Of a stretch of DNA of 64,000 bases, positions 39,101 to 51,310 are shown in pieces. Each line of letters begins with the position of its first letter. Positions within the stretch are counted from its first letter, which is position 1. The translations under genes were made by a program, and so were the position numbers. Below the pieces are notes generated by a model. That model was not told where the DNA came from, did no database searches, and worked only from the letters and a program-made list of their open reading frames with translations. Source of the stretch: Ruditapes philippinarum (lineage: Eukaryota); assembly GCF_026571515.1 (NCBI RefSeq), contig NW_026853658.1:1-64000 (forward strand), in the 5' to 3' direction.

Positions 39101-41007
39101 AAATCATATTTTTAAAAGAAATTCTTGATGTAATATTTGAGCTTAGCATATTTCTTATAGAGGCGCATGAATTTCCAACTTCATTCATAGTGGCAAAATG
39201 ACATCATTTTAACGCTATTTATCCATAAAAGGCGCGAGAGAATGGCGTCTTTTAAATCACGGAACTTCACTCACACGAGGGGAGTAAGGCAGGGATTTTA
39301 GCACCACTGTAAACCGTAGATAATCATGTCTGATATATCAAATTCCTTTAAGTAAATGCTGTAAACGAAAAGCTTGTTGGATATGGCAAGGGTTGGAAAT
39401 TGAGAGAATTAGTTGAAGGTCACATTGTAATTCATGTAAGACGCTGGTCACACTGTTGTTTTCATATTTTGATGTTTCAGGAAAAACTAAAAAAGAATCC
39501 AATGGTAAGAGTTTAAGAACGGAAATAAGTATATTCTTTCCATATTTTTTCTCGAAAAGTAAATTACGTTAAATGGATGTGTGAAAGCAAACATAAGAAA
39601 AATTTGCTTTTTAGCAAGATTCAGATATTTTTAATAATGATGTGTTAAACGCAAATGAAATATAAAAACAATTTTGAAGGATATATAATACACTTTTGTA
39701 AAAGTAACAAGTTGAAAATTCTCTTTATGTTAATGTTTCAGTTGATACGTAACTATTAAGATTTTTTGAAAGAAATAATGTGCAGTTAGTGAACAAGATA
39801 TACTTTACTAGCCGAGATAATATACAAGTACATTATTTCAGAAATAAGTTCATGCAGTTGTTATCAAGATAAGCATTTGAACATTATGTTTTGTCCTCGA
39901 TAGGCTCAAATGTCGGAGTAGCTGTTGGCATTTCAGTTGTGATGGTTTTAGTTATAGTAGCGGTGGTCGTAGCAGTTTTTATTTTAAAAAGAAGGTAATG
40001 TTTGATTTCAAAATCTGTTTCCTTTTTCAATGAAATTCATATACATAAATTGATGATTTAGAAAAACTACATTTTTTAAAAGTGATTGTGATATTTGTTA
40101 TTCAACTTTTATTTATTTCAAAAAAACATATGATTCGGAATATAAAACATATTAGTTAGGTATGGATATGGTTAACATATCTACCGAAAAAATAAATATA
40201 AGTTGATAGTTTGAACCAATGCTATTCGTGTAACATTGTTAGTGCTGAAAACATTTGTTGTTTAGAAACTCAATGTTTGGTACGAGTGTAAAGACTTTTA
40301 ACTAAGAACCTCAGTGTCTTTTGCGATATTATGATAGATAAGTCACGAGAGCTAATATATAAAGACAGTAATAAGATATTTAATCCATTTGCATGTGTTT
40401 TATTTACAGAGGAAAACTTGAAGGCATATGTTTTAAAATGCCTACAAATACTAAACCAGTACAGCGAACACAACATTTATCAATAGTTCACAAAAACACT
40501 TACGAAACGCCTACTGATTCTCCTTATAACGAGATTGATGATGCTACTTTACAAAAGAACAGCGATACAAAAAATGATACCTTTGAAAGTAACGGACATT
40601 ATGCTCACACTTATTTTGTTTTGGAAGGCCAGGAATCAGATCCTAAAGTAGAAAATGGCATTGCTAATTCTAGACATGAAGATAGTAACAGCGAGTACAA
40701 CACATTGAGTTCAAATATAAAGCGTGGAAACAATACTAACAATGCATATGACACGACAGAGAACGCAATGAAAAGACTGAAAGATCAACATGATAAAGGC
40801 ATTGATGATATGAAGGGTAACAATTCTGACGACATTGAGGAAGATGCTTACACTCATATTAGTGATGCAGCTCTGAAGAACAAAAGAACAGATAATTATT
40901 ACGGTGTACCATCGAGTTGTGCTGAAAACGAGTATGGTGATGTCAGAAAAAGTAATGGAAATGCTCAACAAGGTGACGGAGATCCATATAATCATATTCA
41001 CGTTTAA
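33181..41007 (+). CDS. Receptor D: complete CTLD[WSC]-CTLD type I membrane receptor with Tyr-rich tail, 552 aa
   Basis: Ten GT-AG exons: 33181-33250, 34491-34685, 35529-35641, 35791-35920, 36373-36492, 36726-36920, 38068-38190, 39481-39504, 39904-39994, 40410-41007. They total 1659 nt in one open frame (alternative start at 33190). Signal peptide, VWVGYY, 8-Cys WSC, WNSC, SWTGII, TM GVAVGISVVMVLVIVAVVVAVFILKRR. Confidence 0.92.
35215..35402 (+). mobile_element. SINE 3' half (V-SINE-like)
   Basis: ggtcgttctactcagttgcccgtctgtgcctgaaa...gcatctgaggtct...aaagctggaaa...gcgacgttaaacccaac resembles the V-domain SINEs of bivalves (from memory). Confidence 0.6.
38408..38767. mobile_element. Kolobok-like MITE
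   Basis: TIRs AGGGACTCCACTGAGG ... CCTCAGTGGAGTCTCT, flanked by GTAA and TTAA. Confidence 0.8.
38850..38952 (-). mobile_element. tRNA-derived CORE-SINE-like fragment
   Basis: tcttgctcatggaaacaacagc...gggtttgaaccc, with a B-box GGTTCAAACC on the minus strand. Confidence 0.5.
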
Positions 41008-42539
41008 TATTTACGTAATAAAGAAACGTTATTATCTAATGAATGTGTTGGGTATCTACGTGTTTAATAACAAATATTTATGTTTTCAGATATTTCTTAG
41101 TTGACTGATATTCAATGTCATCTTTAATAAAAGATAAAATACTGAGTTGTTTCCAATGACATGGTATAGTATTGATCAACAATCTGTATTTTCAATTTTT
41201 ATCACTTTGAAAAACAAATAATATAAAGAAAGAAAAGAGGCAAGTTACATGTTTCGCTTCGCTAGATACTGAAATAATAATTGCTTGAAACTAAAACTGA
41301 AATTGGTATAATTGGTTTGTTGTCAAAACATGTCGAAGGTTCTGCACCATAGTGTGTTGCTTACATGCAAAATAGCCAATTGTGATTAACCCATTCAAAT
41401 AAAATGAAACCAATCGGTAATTGCCTTTTATAAACGTTTTCTTCTGAGCTTTGTCTCGAATCTCAGGACTTTTATGACTCATTTATGGATTTGCTTCAAT
41501 TGGTCAGTTCAGTGACCATTTTATATTAGTTTCAGACCAACAAAATACCTTAGCTGAGAAATTTAGCCTCGGACCCTGATCAGACATAAATCTAAAACCT
41601 TCTGAACAGTAAATAAAGATGAGTTTAGTAAACTTGAAAGCAAACAAATTTGAATAAATATGTCGTACAATTATAATCAGGATAATAACATATCAGATCT
41701 TATAAAATGAAAAGGCCCACTTTTGACCTATAAATAAGCTACGAAGCTGTAAAAAAAGTGTATACATTGACACTCTGTTATTGCTTGCCATCACGCTCTA
41801 GTGCTATTCCTTAAAAAGAACGAGTTATTTAACAATTTCTTTACTTTTACTGGCTGGAGATACATGATATAATGTGGTTGGCTTTTAGGATTAGGAGTGT
41901 TATATGTAAGGATGTCATATGTTTTTTATGACTGTTATATTGTTTTTAGGATTGGTATTTAAAGTGACACGCCTCTAGATGAGTAAAATACAAAACATCA
42001 GACTAAAGTTTAAATAATTATTATTTGCAAATTATATTAATAATATTTACAACCGATGTAAAACTTAGAATGTATTGAGTAAAATATCTATTAAAGTTAC
42101 TAGTAGATTAAGGAACAATTCTGCGTACGTTGACAAATTATAAATGTTTTGTGGTTAAAAATATTGTGCCTTAGGCCTGGCACTTACAGTTCGTACACTT
42201 GACAACCTATTTACTCTTAAGAGCAGTTTCTAAATTTTTATAAATATTAAAGCATAATATTGAGAAAATGTTACATAGAATAGAGAGAATAACGTAGCGC
42301 CCAACCTTCATGTTGATAGTATGCTATATACATTAAACGTTCGGATGTGTGTAGGATCTGCATATATCTGGGCGTTTATCGGAACACTGTAAACTTGTAC
42401 ACTGCTATAACCATTCAAATCTTACAACCAGGAATATCAACACAAACTACACAGAATTTCAACTAAAATAAATACAGTCTGGTTGTCTCAACACTTCACA
42501 TAAATTTAAAAAAGAAAATATACTTGGTTTTATTTTTAA

Positions 42540-42729
42540 GTAATTTTGTAGATATGTCCTGTATGTTAGATTTTGTTGTAAACTTATGTATAGTCTCTTA
42601 TAACTCATCTATGAGTGGCATTTATGTACATGTACAATGTCGTAGGTTTTATTGTGTATTGTTTTAATATTGTACACGATGATGAGACTTTAATAAACTA
42701 TCTTATCTATCTTATCTTATCTTATCTTA
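42540..42729 (+). repeat. Probable LINE 3' end with (CTTAT)n tail
   Basis: aataaa followed by (atctt)n at 42699-42728. Confidence 0.5.
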
Positions 42730-43083
42730 CATTAAAGCAGCATGCCTCTAGCTTCGCGCTAAGTATAATAGTGTAAAGGGAACATAGAAAGTAATTTAAT
42801 ACATTGTAAACGTTACTAACAATCCGCGTAAACTGTCGAATAGAGGTCAAAATATGCAAAAAGACATATCTTATTGCGTTAGTCACGCAGTAGAATTATG
42901 GTGAATTATACTGCAAAATCGGTTATTAATCGCATATAACATATAAATTTGTACATTAATCTTGAATCCTTTTACTTTTATTCTTAGTAAAAAACAACTA
43001 CTGCAAGTTTTATTTAATTCTTTTCTTGATAATATATAAGAAAAAGGTTAAACACAAAATCAATTATTCGACGTTATTAACAC

Positions 43084-43571
43084 TACTGATCTTCCGATTG
43101 TCGCAAGGCTTCGATAATCAGTTACTGTTTTGTAAAGCGACAATAATCGATTCACAAAAATTTGTTCCGCGACGTCGTCAAAAATGTTTAAAGTATCAAA
43201 GGGAATTAATTCTTACGGTAATTTCCTTTTAGGCACATCTCACCGATCGCAAAGAAAATATCTCAGAGACAATTTTGAACAGGATCAATACGGGATGTAA
43301 ACAATAGTTCTATACTGTGATGTGAATGTTATTATTTAACATCCATTGGAAAATAAAAGCTTTTTCGTAAAATTATGACTATATAAGGTTAAAACTGTGT
43401 TGAAAAGTGCTATATGAACTTCACGTAACTGAATATAATAAAGTGCCTCGGGAAGAATTGTTTCTTCCCTATTTCTTTTTAACGCGACTTTATTCGAAAA
43501 GTTATCGATTATTTCCCATCCGATTGAACCGATGATCGATTGGGACAAAGATCATCCGATTTCCATCACTA
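43084..43571. mobile_element. Degenerate hAT-type MITE just upstream of receptor E
   Basis: Ends TACTGATCTTCCGAT and (reverse complement) TAGTGATGGAAATCGG. Subterminal ATCGAT/CCGAT motifs are clustered at both ends. The target duplication is imperfect. Confidence 0.5.
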
Positions 43572-43685
43572 ATTAATTTAACACTTTACAAAGATAAAAT
43601 GTTTATTTTCCTCGTCCGGTTGATTTACCATACACACAAACTGACCAGGAAGTGAAAATAAAGAAAATATGAAAATAGTTTGAAA

Positions 43686-46600
43686 ATGGCAAAAATGGCT
43701 GACATAGTTTTAATCATTGTATTTTGGATATACATATATAAAGGTAATGTATTAACTTATTTTATCTTTTAGATTATAGTATTTTGTAATTCATAGATTT
43801 AAGTACACGTATAACCTTCTGTAACATAAGTATAATAATTAAAATAGTAATTTGTAGAGTTAAGTACAAAATGTGAAAACTTCTTTAAGGCTGGCGTATG
43901 TTGGTGATTTATTTATTCAACATGGAGTTTAGTACACATTATTACAGATTTTACATGATTAAGCTAATGACTGTATGACACTAATGGATTTGAAAATAAT
44001 CACTTGATGTGAAATGTTTAATCGGTTGTTTTTGTTAATTGACAATTACATGTTGTTCTTCATATGTTAGCCTCAAACAATTTTTAAATAGTGTATCAAA
44101 CATTCTGGCTCATAAGTATGTGTATCCTTTACATACATAAACAATGGCGATTTAATCGGATGCGCAATTTCCATTTTTGTATGAATTCTTTCATTTCATG
44201 ACTTTCTACTATTGTGTGTCTGGTGAGAATTTATAGAAGATGACAGAAAGCGTGTAAATCGCAATAAAATTTATGTTTTATTTTATTATTATAATGTAAG
44301 GGTTTACCATCACAAGTATATCTAAGATACATGTATGAAATCGTACTGTAAATATAAAATAACCAGTCGCTAAAATACTACCTGACATAATTATTGCCCA
44401 ATAAAACCAATATTTATGAAGTATAATTTACAACATATATTATTAACTTCTCGTTGCTTTTAATGATTGCAAAAAGTGATGGATTGTAAATGTAAATTAA
44501 TTAAAATATTTGAAAGTATTTGATAGTGCGAAAATATGCTGTGGAACTTTAAACAAAACAAAAAGAAATTACATCATTGGTTCGCCCGTTTCGCTCAATA
44601 TTGAGATCATCGGTTTATTTTATTTATTTATTTATTAATTTATTTCATTTTTTATTTATTTATTTTGAGGCGCTGGTTCGATCCTCGGGCGAGGCGAAAT
44701 TTCTCCATAACAATTAAACTCAGACCATGAGTCATATTGTCATTTGTCTTTTGCCCTGATTCAGAAATCATTTAGGATAAAAAGTCAGTCAATTACAGTA
44801 AAATTAATATTTCTGGTTGGTTATCTGGTAAAGATGCAATGGTGATCCAAACGCCGATATATGACTAAAATGTGTTATAATCGGCGTTAAAAGCAAAACA
44901 AAATGGTTATTGAATGAGTGCAAGTTTAATACTGAATTTATTGAACGAGTTAAATAAAATAATATTATGCCAGCCTCTTGCATAATATTATTTTATTCAA
45001 CGAGTTCAATAAATTCAGTAATTAACTTACACGAATTTAATATTCTATTTATCAAATACTAAAAAATAAAGACCGCCTGTAGTATTACGCTAAAATTAAA
45101 CGCGTCTTAACGCTATGGTTGTATCATGGAAATGACGTCACGTCGAATTTTTAGGTAGTCGCAAAAACAGCACGGGTATTTGATAAAATAGAGGATATTG
45201 AATGAGTGTAAGTTCAATACTGAATTTATTGCACGAGTTGAATAAAATTATATTATGCGAGCCTCTGGCGAGCATAATATTATTTTATTCAGCGAGTGCA
45301 CTAAATTCAGTAATGAACTTACACGAATTTAATATTCTATTTATCACATACCCAAAATAAAGACCATTTAAAGTGAAATAAAAGTCATTTTTCATTGACG
45401 CGCTTATAGTATAACGCTAACATTTAGCGCGTCTTTACACTATGTTTGTGTAACGCTAATGACGTCACGTCAAAATATATGCACGGCCGTGCAATACCAT
45501 TTTTACGGAGTCGCAAAATCGGCACGGGTGTGTGATAATAGATGATATTGAATAAGTGTAAATTTTATACTGTATTTATTGAACGACTTGAATTATATGA
45601 TATTATGCGCGCCTCTGGCGAGCATAATATTAATTTATTCAACAAACAAGTTCAATAAATTCAGTAATGAACTTACACAAATTAAATATTCTATTTATCA
45701 CAGACCGTTAGAAGTAAAAAAAAGAACCATTTTTCATTAAATGTGTCAATAGTTGTCTTCGTTGTCGAAGAAATAATAAACAAAACAACAACAATACATT
45801 ATCAAACAAAAAATTTTAAAAGCCTGAATTGTGGCTAGTGACCCAATGAACAAAAACAAAAACCACGTGACAAACTTCTATTTGTCATCTTTCATTTGAT
45901 AATATTGATAAAGAAGTAAAAATACATCATTTATTCAGTATTTTAAGATCATTATCTCCACAAAATAGAACAGTTAATTATACTTAACAATAAAAAGATA
46001 TCTGAAAAAGCAAGGTCCCGTGAAAACAAATAAAGGAAATATAAATTATTTAAATTCTCTGACGCGACTTTATTTATTATCTTTGATGCACGATAATTAT
46101 TAGTGCAAAAATTCCTAGACACCTAGGCACCGACGTAAGCGGTATTCAGTGTCAAAACTATAAGTTTTTGATCCCAAAAGAAGCAGAAAATATGATAATA
46201 GATTTTACAACTAAACACAACACGTAAGACCTAATTGTATTATAATAAAAGAAATTGCATCATCATTGGTATAATATTTTGTCTTGCTTTGAAAGGAGCT
46301 GCATTTATTACACAATATAACACAACTTGGGAAAATGCAATTAACAATTGCACAATGGAAACGCCTACAATCATGTTCCAAGGAACAAAGAAAGATTTAC
46401 CCGTAGCCATGAATGCTAGTATTATTGGAAACGAAGCTGTGTGGGTAGGATATTATCTAGCAGCTACAGCCTTCCATTATGTTGGTAAATATTAAAAAAA
46501 AACAAAAAAACAATTAATACATTAAACATGTTAAAATCTATGTTTTCGATTGAATTATGTAAAACAAAGAAAATTGAAAATGAAAGTAATTTATTAACAA

Positions 46601-49600
46601 AGGAGACAGATAAGGGAGATGTAAGGGTCTATGCATGTTGACTTGAACAGTCCTCGATTAGTTTCAAGGTTGATAGAATCTGTAAATAAATATAATAGTA
46701 CAGTCTCTTTATTTTTATCAAGTACAACATTTTCCAAGTTACTGAAAACCAGGTTTTAACAGGATTATTACGTGTACATAATTATTTTGGGAAATACCTT
46801 AAACCGTTAAATTTTTTCTTAAAATTCTAGGCTGTATAAAAAAGGAAAATATGGCTGCAACAACTGAGTTTGAGTACAACACTCCGGGCTTATGTTACTC
46901 TGCATGCAACAAGACATATTTGATAGGTGTCAGCATGTCAAAAGTAAGCCTTACTTTATATCGTGGATCAAGAAAGTTTATTTATTATTTAAAACACAAA
47001 CACTCATATTTATTACTTATGATAATAAAAGGTTAAGTTATAAATGTATGATTGCATTTGACGTAAAAAGAACTTTTGTGTAGAACCATTTAAACAGATG
47101 TGATCGCATTTACAATAAAATAGTATATTTCTAGAAACAAAAAAAATGGTTCTGAGCAGTCCTTTTTCTAAAGCTTTGTAATAACTAAAGTAAGTAACGA
47201 TGAGAGAAACACCTTTTCACGGCATATTTTAGAAAAAAGTGTACATCAATCAATATAGCGAGTGGATGTAACTTCATATACAAATAAAATGTACGGGCCA
47301 TAAATCCCTAATGCATATTTTCCTTTATAAATTGTAACCCTTTCGAGATGTTAAAATAGTACAAAGCAAAAAAAAAATGTGATTTTACAAAATTATTTTT
47401 TGTCATTCAGTGCTACTGCTTTAACAACACTATTCCATCAAACAGGGCATATCACTTATGTACTCAGGGTTGTAAAACGCAAATGAATATTGCTTGCGGC
47501 AGCAACAATTACATTTCAATGTACACTACTTACTCGTACGGTGAGAAATTTACAACTTAACTTGAACAATTGCATATAACACATATATAAACATTATTCA
47601 AAAGTAAGAATAAAAAAATGACTTTATACTATACATTTATCGTTGGACGTTAGACAATGGTCAATCAAGTAGAACGATTTAAAAACACCTTCTGCCTTAA
47701 TGATGTGCATAAAGTTTCGTGTCTATAAAATCTTAACACATTACGAAAAATCATGTAACATTATACGCATAGGTATAATACACAGATGTTCCTAATGTAG
47801 TTTTCATAGAAAATTGCATTGTTTCTTTCTTAAAACTTTTTTTCAGCAAATCTTTTTCAGTGGAAGTGGAGGTGTCTTCAATATGATTCAAAAATTATAC
47901 GTCCACATGGATGTGGGAAAAACTGGGATCAGAAATAGATCAATATGTAGATTTAGTTGAGAAACAAAAATGAAAGCATATTTATTACTTATAAAGGATA
48001 GTTTAAATAATCTAAATACATACAAATGAAAATATTTTTAATGTAAAAAAAAGGTAAATAATTAAAAGAATTTAAATTGATTATACTATTTGTTTTTCTT
48101 TATTAGTCAAAATTTTAGACTAAAAAAATGGTACGGAAAAGTATTCATTTGTATTTGCAACCATTTTCAAAAGTTTTTAAAATAAAAATCTCTATTTTTT
48201 CCAAGATACGTATTTCATGAAATATAAAGGAAAATGGAAAAAATAAAAAAAAAATGGGGAACCATCAAAGAACGAAATTTTTAAATTGTCAAAATTTTCC
48301 AACATCACAAAACCGAACAAAATTTAAAGAAAAAATAACCTTGGGAATATGGGGCTGGGTCATTTCAAGTACTTTTTACAACGGGGGTTAATTTATATTT
48401 ATTTTTAAGGCAAATAAGTATGCTATGGAAATTATTGTGAATCATTTTAAAGGAAGTAAAAACACACGTTGAAAAGAAGTTAAGAATTAACTATAAACTA
48501 GTTTCATACTGTGCCTCCGTAAATATTAAAGAAATACACTTCTTCAAATGATAAGAAGTACCGCTGTGATGTAGTAATTGTAGCAAAGGACAAATTATTT
48601 CATAACAATTTCAATTCCTAAATGTCACTTCAGATTTAAAAGGTTGTTCATAGGCGTGAATATCTAAGATATTTGTTAAATGTGTAATATCCATTTTAGA
48701 AACATATCTCATATAACAAATGATAATACACATTATTTTCTTGTGAATAGATCATAAACCTCCAAACATAACCCCGAAAAGGTTTGGCTACCTTCAAACA
48801 AACGAGGCAAATGGCACAGTATTAAAATTTGATAAAAATAGCACAAGCCAAAGATACAGCCTTTGTCAAAATGGTAGGAAAACATGATTATTTTATTTAT
48901 AAATGAATACCTGGATGATTTTGTTATATGGAAAAAGGTAATTACAACAAAAATGAATTATGTGTAATCAGTTTTAAAACCTGTCAATCATGTATCTTGT
49001 AATTTACGCATTTTTTTAATTGTTTCTGTGTTTCCACAGTAAATTGTTGCTACCAATCATGACATTTACTGATAATTAAATTGTTATTTTTTTTATTTTA
49101 TTTTCTTAATAAATCTTAATAATACAAATCGTTTCAATGCCATCATATGAAACCTCTTTTATATAAAACCACAAAATGTTTTAAAACTACAAGTCAAAAA
49201 CTAACAACAATGACACGTGATAATTATACTGTAGAATCAACAAAAAGTCCAGGTGATGATGAATCTAGTCCGATTACCAGTGCTTATTCGCAAAAAACTA
49301 CTATAGAAACAACGGCACCAGGTAGAATTACCCAATCAAAAACAGACCAAGCTAGTGCAACAAAAGGTAAAAATGATGTTTTAGGAGGCCATTTCTATTA
49401 TGGTAACGTTGGAGATAGATACACTTTGTGAAATAAATAATTATTTATTCATCGTTTCTATTGTGGCTTCTATTCTGGATTATAATTAAACTGATTTTGA
49501 TACATATATTCAATCAGCCGTTGCAAAAACAAATACAGTTTAGTATAAAGTCATCGAATCTATGATTTATTTCAGACTCAGATATTGGCATCGCTGTTGG

Positions 49601-51290
49601 TGTTTTGATTGCCACTTTCATAACTGTTGCTACTGTCGTTGTAGGAGTTATTCTTATAAGAAGGTAAAAATTCTGATAAGTCTTTATTTTATCTTTGATA
49701 GTATGCATCAAGTTGTATCTGCAACTTGGATTTCATTCCTAAGGATAAATTTAATGGCAAACATAGCATTGTATCATAATATTAATACGTTTAGCGATGA
49801 CATAAACATTTCTCGATTTTTAATACAGTTCACTTATTAAATAACGGCTTTTATTTTGCGTCTTTCAGTTAAGATTTAAATGTAAGCTTTTGTATTTTGA
49901 AAGATCATTTAATATCTTTTTATGAAAATTTTGCGCTATAAAATGTGTGTTTTGTCAATTGTAATCTAAACGAGCGAACGAACGAAAAACCTTAATAGAC
50001 TATTGTCATAATTTCATGATACAGTGATTATATCATATGTTTAGAGATCTATGTTTATTCCGCTGTAGCGTGCAGGAGGTCAATTCAGAGAAATAGTGTA
50101 TATAATAAAGGAAAACTTGTTTCACTAAAGTAATTACATATATTAACACAGTCACATTATCTCATGTGGATTTCACTGAACAGTACCTCTTGTCGTGTTC
50201 ATGTTCATGTTCACAAAGTAGAAAATCTCAAATTCTAACACTTTTTCATTCATGATCGTATTTAAATGTGTGTGAAGAGATGGATTATACATCTTAATGT
50301 GCATTTTTTGCGAGTGAAAACAAAGTGGAGATGTTAGCAATTAATCTATTCTAAAGCATTGTGCGGTATATACCGGAATAAGGTATTGAGTGTGGTGCTC
50401 CAACACTTTCTAGCCTCATTTATGACATGATATTGTATAGCTACAAGCATCAAATTCAACCCCTTATTTTGTGATTCTAGAGAAACGGAGAAAGTCAAAA
50501 CTGTTCTAAGAACCCAAACACATTGTTTACACGATACTATAGTTTAGCAATTAATTTTAGTATTTTAACTATTCAAAGCAATATGAATCCATGATATTTA
50601 AAAATAAAAACATGTTTTGTCTACAGAGGGAAGGTTCCATGTATGTGTTGCAGAATATCATTGCATGACAAATCGTCAAAATGCACAATGAACACATCCC
50701 TAGTTAACAACTCCAACACAATACCTCTAGATTGTCCAAATAGAAAGGTTGGCGAAGTTGTTCCACAAACAAACATTGTATCAGAAGATGATGTCCAGGA
50801 AAATAACGGACATCTTCCACATGATTACTTTATTCTTGAAAAGACTGAAGCTGATAGAAATACAACAGTAGTTCAAGATGAGGTAAATGTGTATAACACA
50901 TTAGCGTCCAATGTAAAACAAGAGGCTAACTTTGACAATACATACGATACAGCAGAGAAAGCAGCTATGAAACTGAAGACCAAACACAGAGTAAAGGATG
51001 ATTCCGATGCGAATGAAACGCTTGAGGATGAAGATCCTTACAATCATTTAAATGAAGGCGAAAGACAACTGAAAACTGTCAGAACAGATAATGTTTATGG
51101 TGTAACACAAGATGATGAATATGCAAACTGTAGAAAAACTCACGGAAAATATCTTCAGGATGTTGAAGACACGTACAATCATACAAATATATTGCAGGAT
51201 GCTGAGGCAGTTGAAGACACGTACAATCATACAAATATATCTAAGGATGTTGAAGACGACACTTACAATCATACAAGTCCAGTTTCATGA
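43686..51290 (+). CDS. Receptor E: full 10-exon paralog; exons 5-6 disrupted by indels (pseudogene or assembly error)
   Basis: Clean exons: 43686-43743, 46296-46484, 46831-46943, 47411-47540, 48751-48873, 49235-49366, 49576-49663 (TM GIAVGVLIATFITVATVVVGVILIRR), 50627-51290. Exon 5 (~47847-47955) and exon 6 (~48206-48410) are recognisable only across frameshifts. Confidence 0.82.
44668..44902 (+). mobile_element. tRNA-derived SINE remnant
   Basis: B-box GGTTCGATCC at ~44675 and a 3' end ccgatatatgactaaaat...cggcgttaaaagcaaaacaaaa. Confidence 0.55.
44905..45702. repeat. Three tandem copies of a ~150-bp palindromic unit with spacers
   Basis: Units at ~44908-45056, ~45192-45348 and ~45540-45700: tattgaatgagtg..tactgaatttattgaacgagtt.aataaaataatattatgc-loop-gcataatattattttattcaacgagttcaataaattcagta. 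The spacers share atgacgtcacgtc...gtcgcaaaa..gcacgggt. Confidence 0.9.
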
Positions 51291-51310
51291 TTTTGAAGAC
51301 ACGCACAATT
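51153..51310 (+). repeat. Coding tandem repeat of EDTYNHTNI units at the end of the receptor E tail
   Basis: gttgaagacacgtacaatcatacaaatata occurs twice, followed by a third variant, with a fourth degenerate copy just past the stop codon. Confidence 0.9.
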
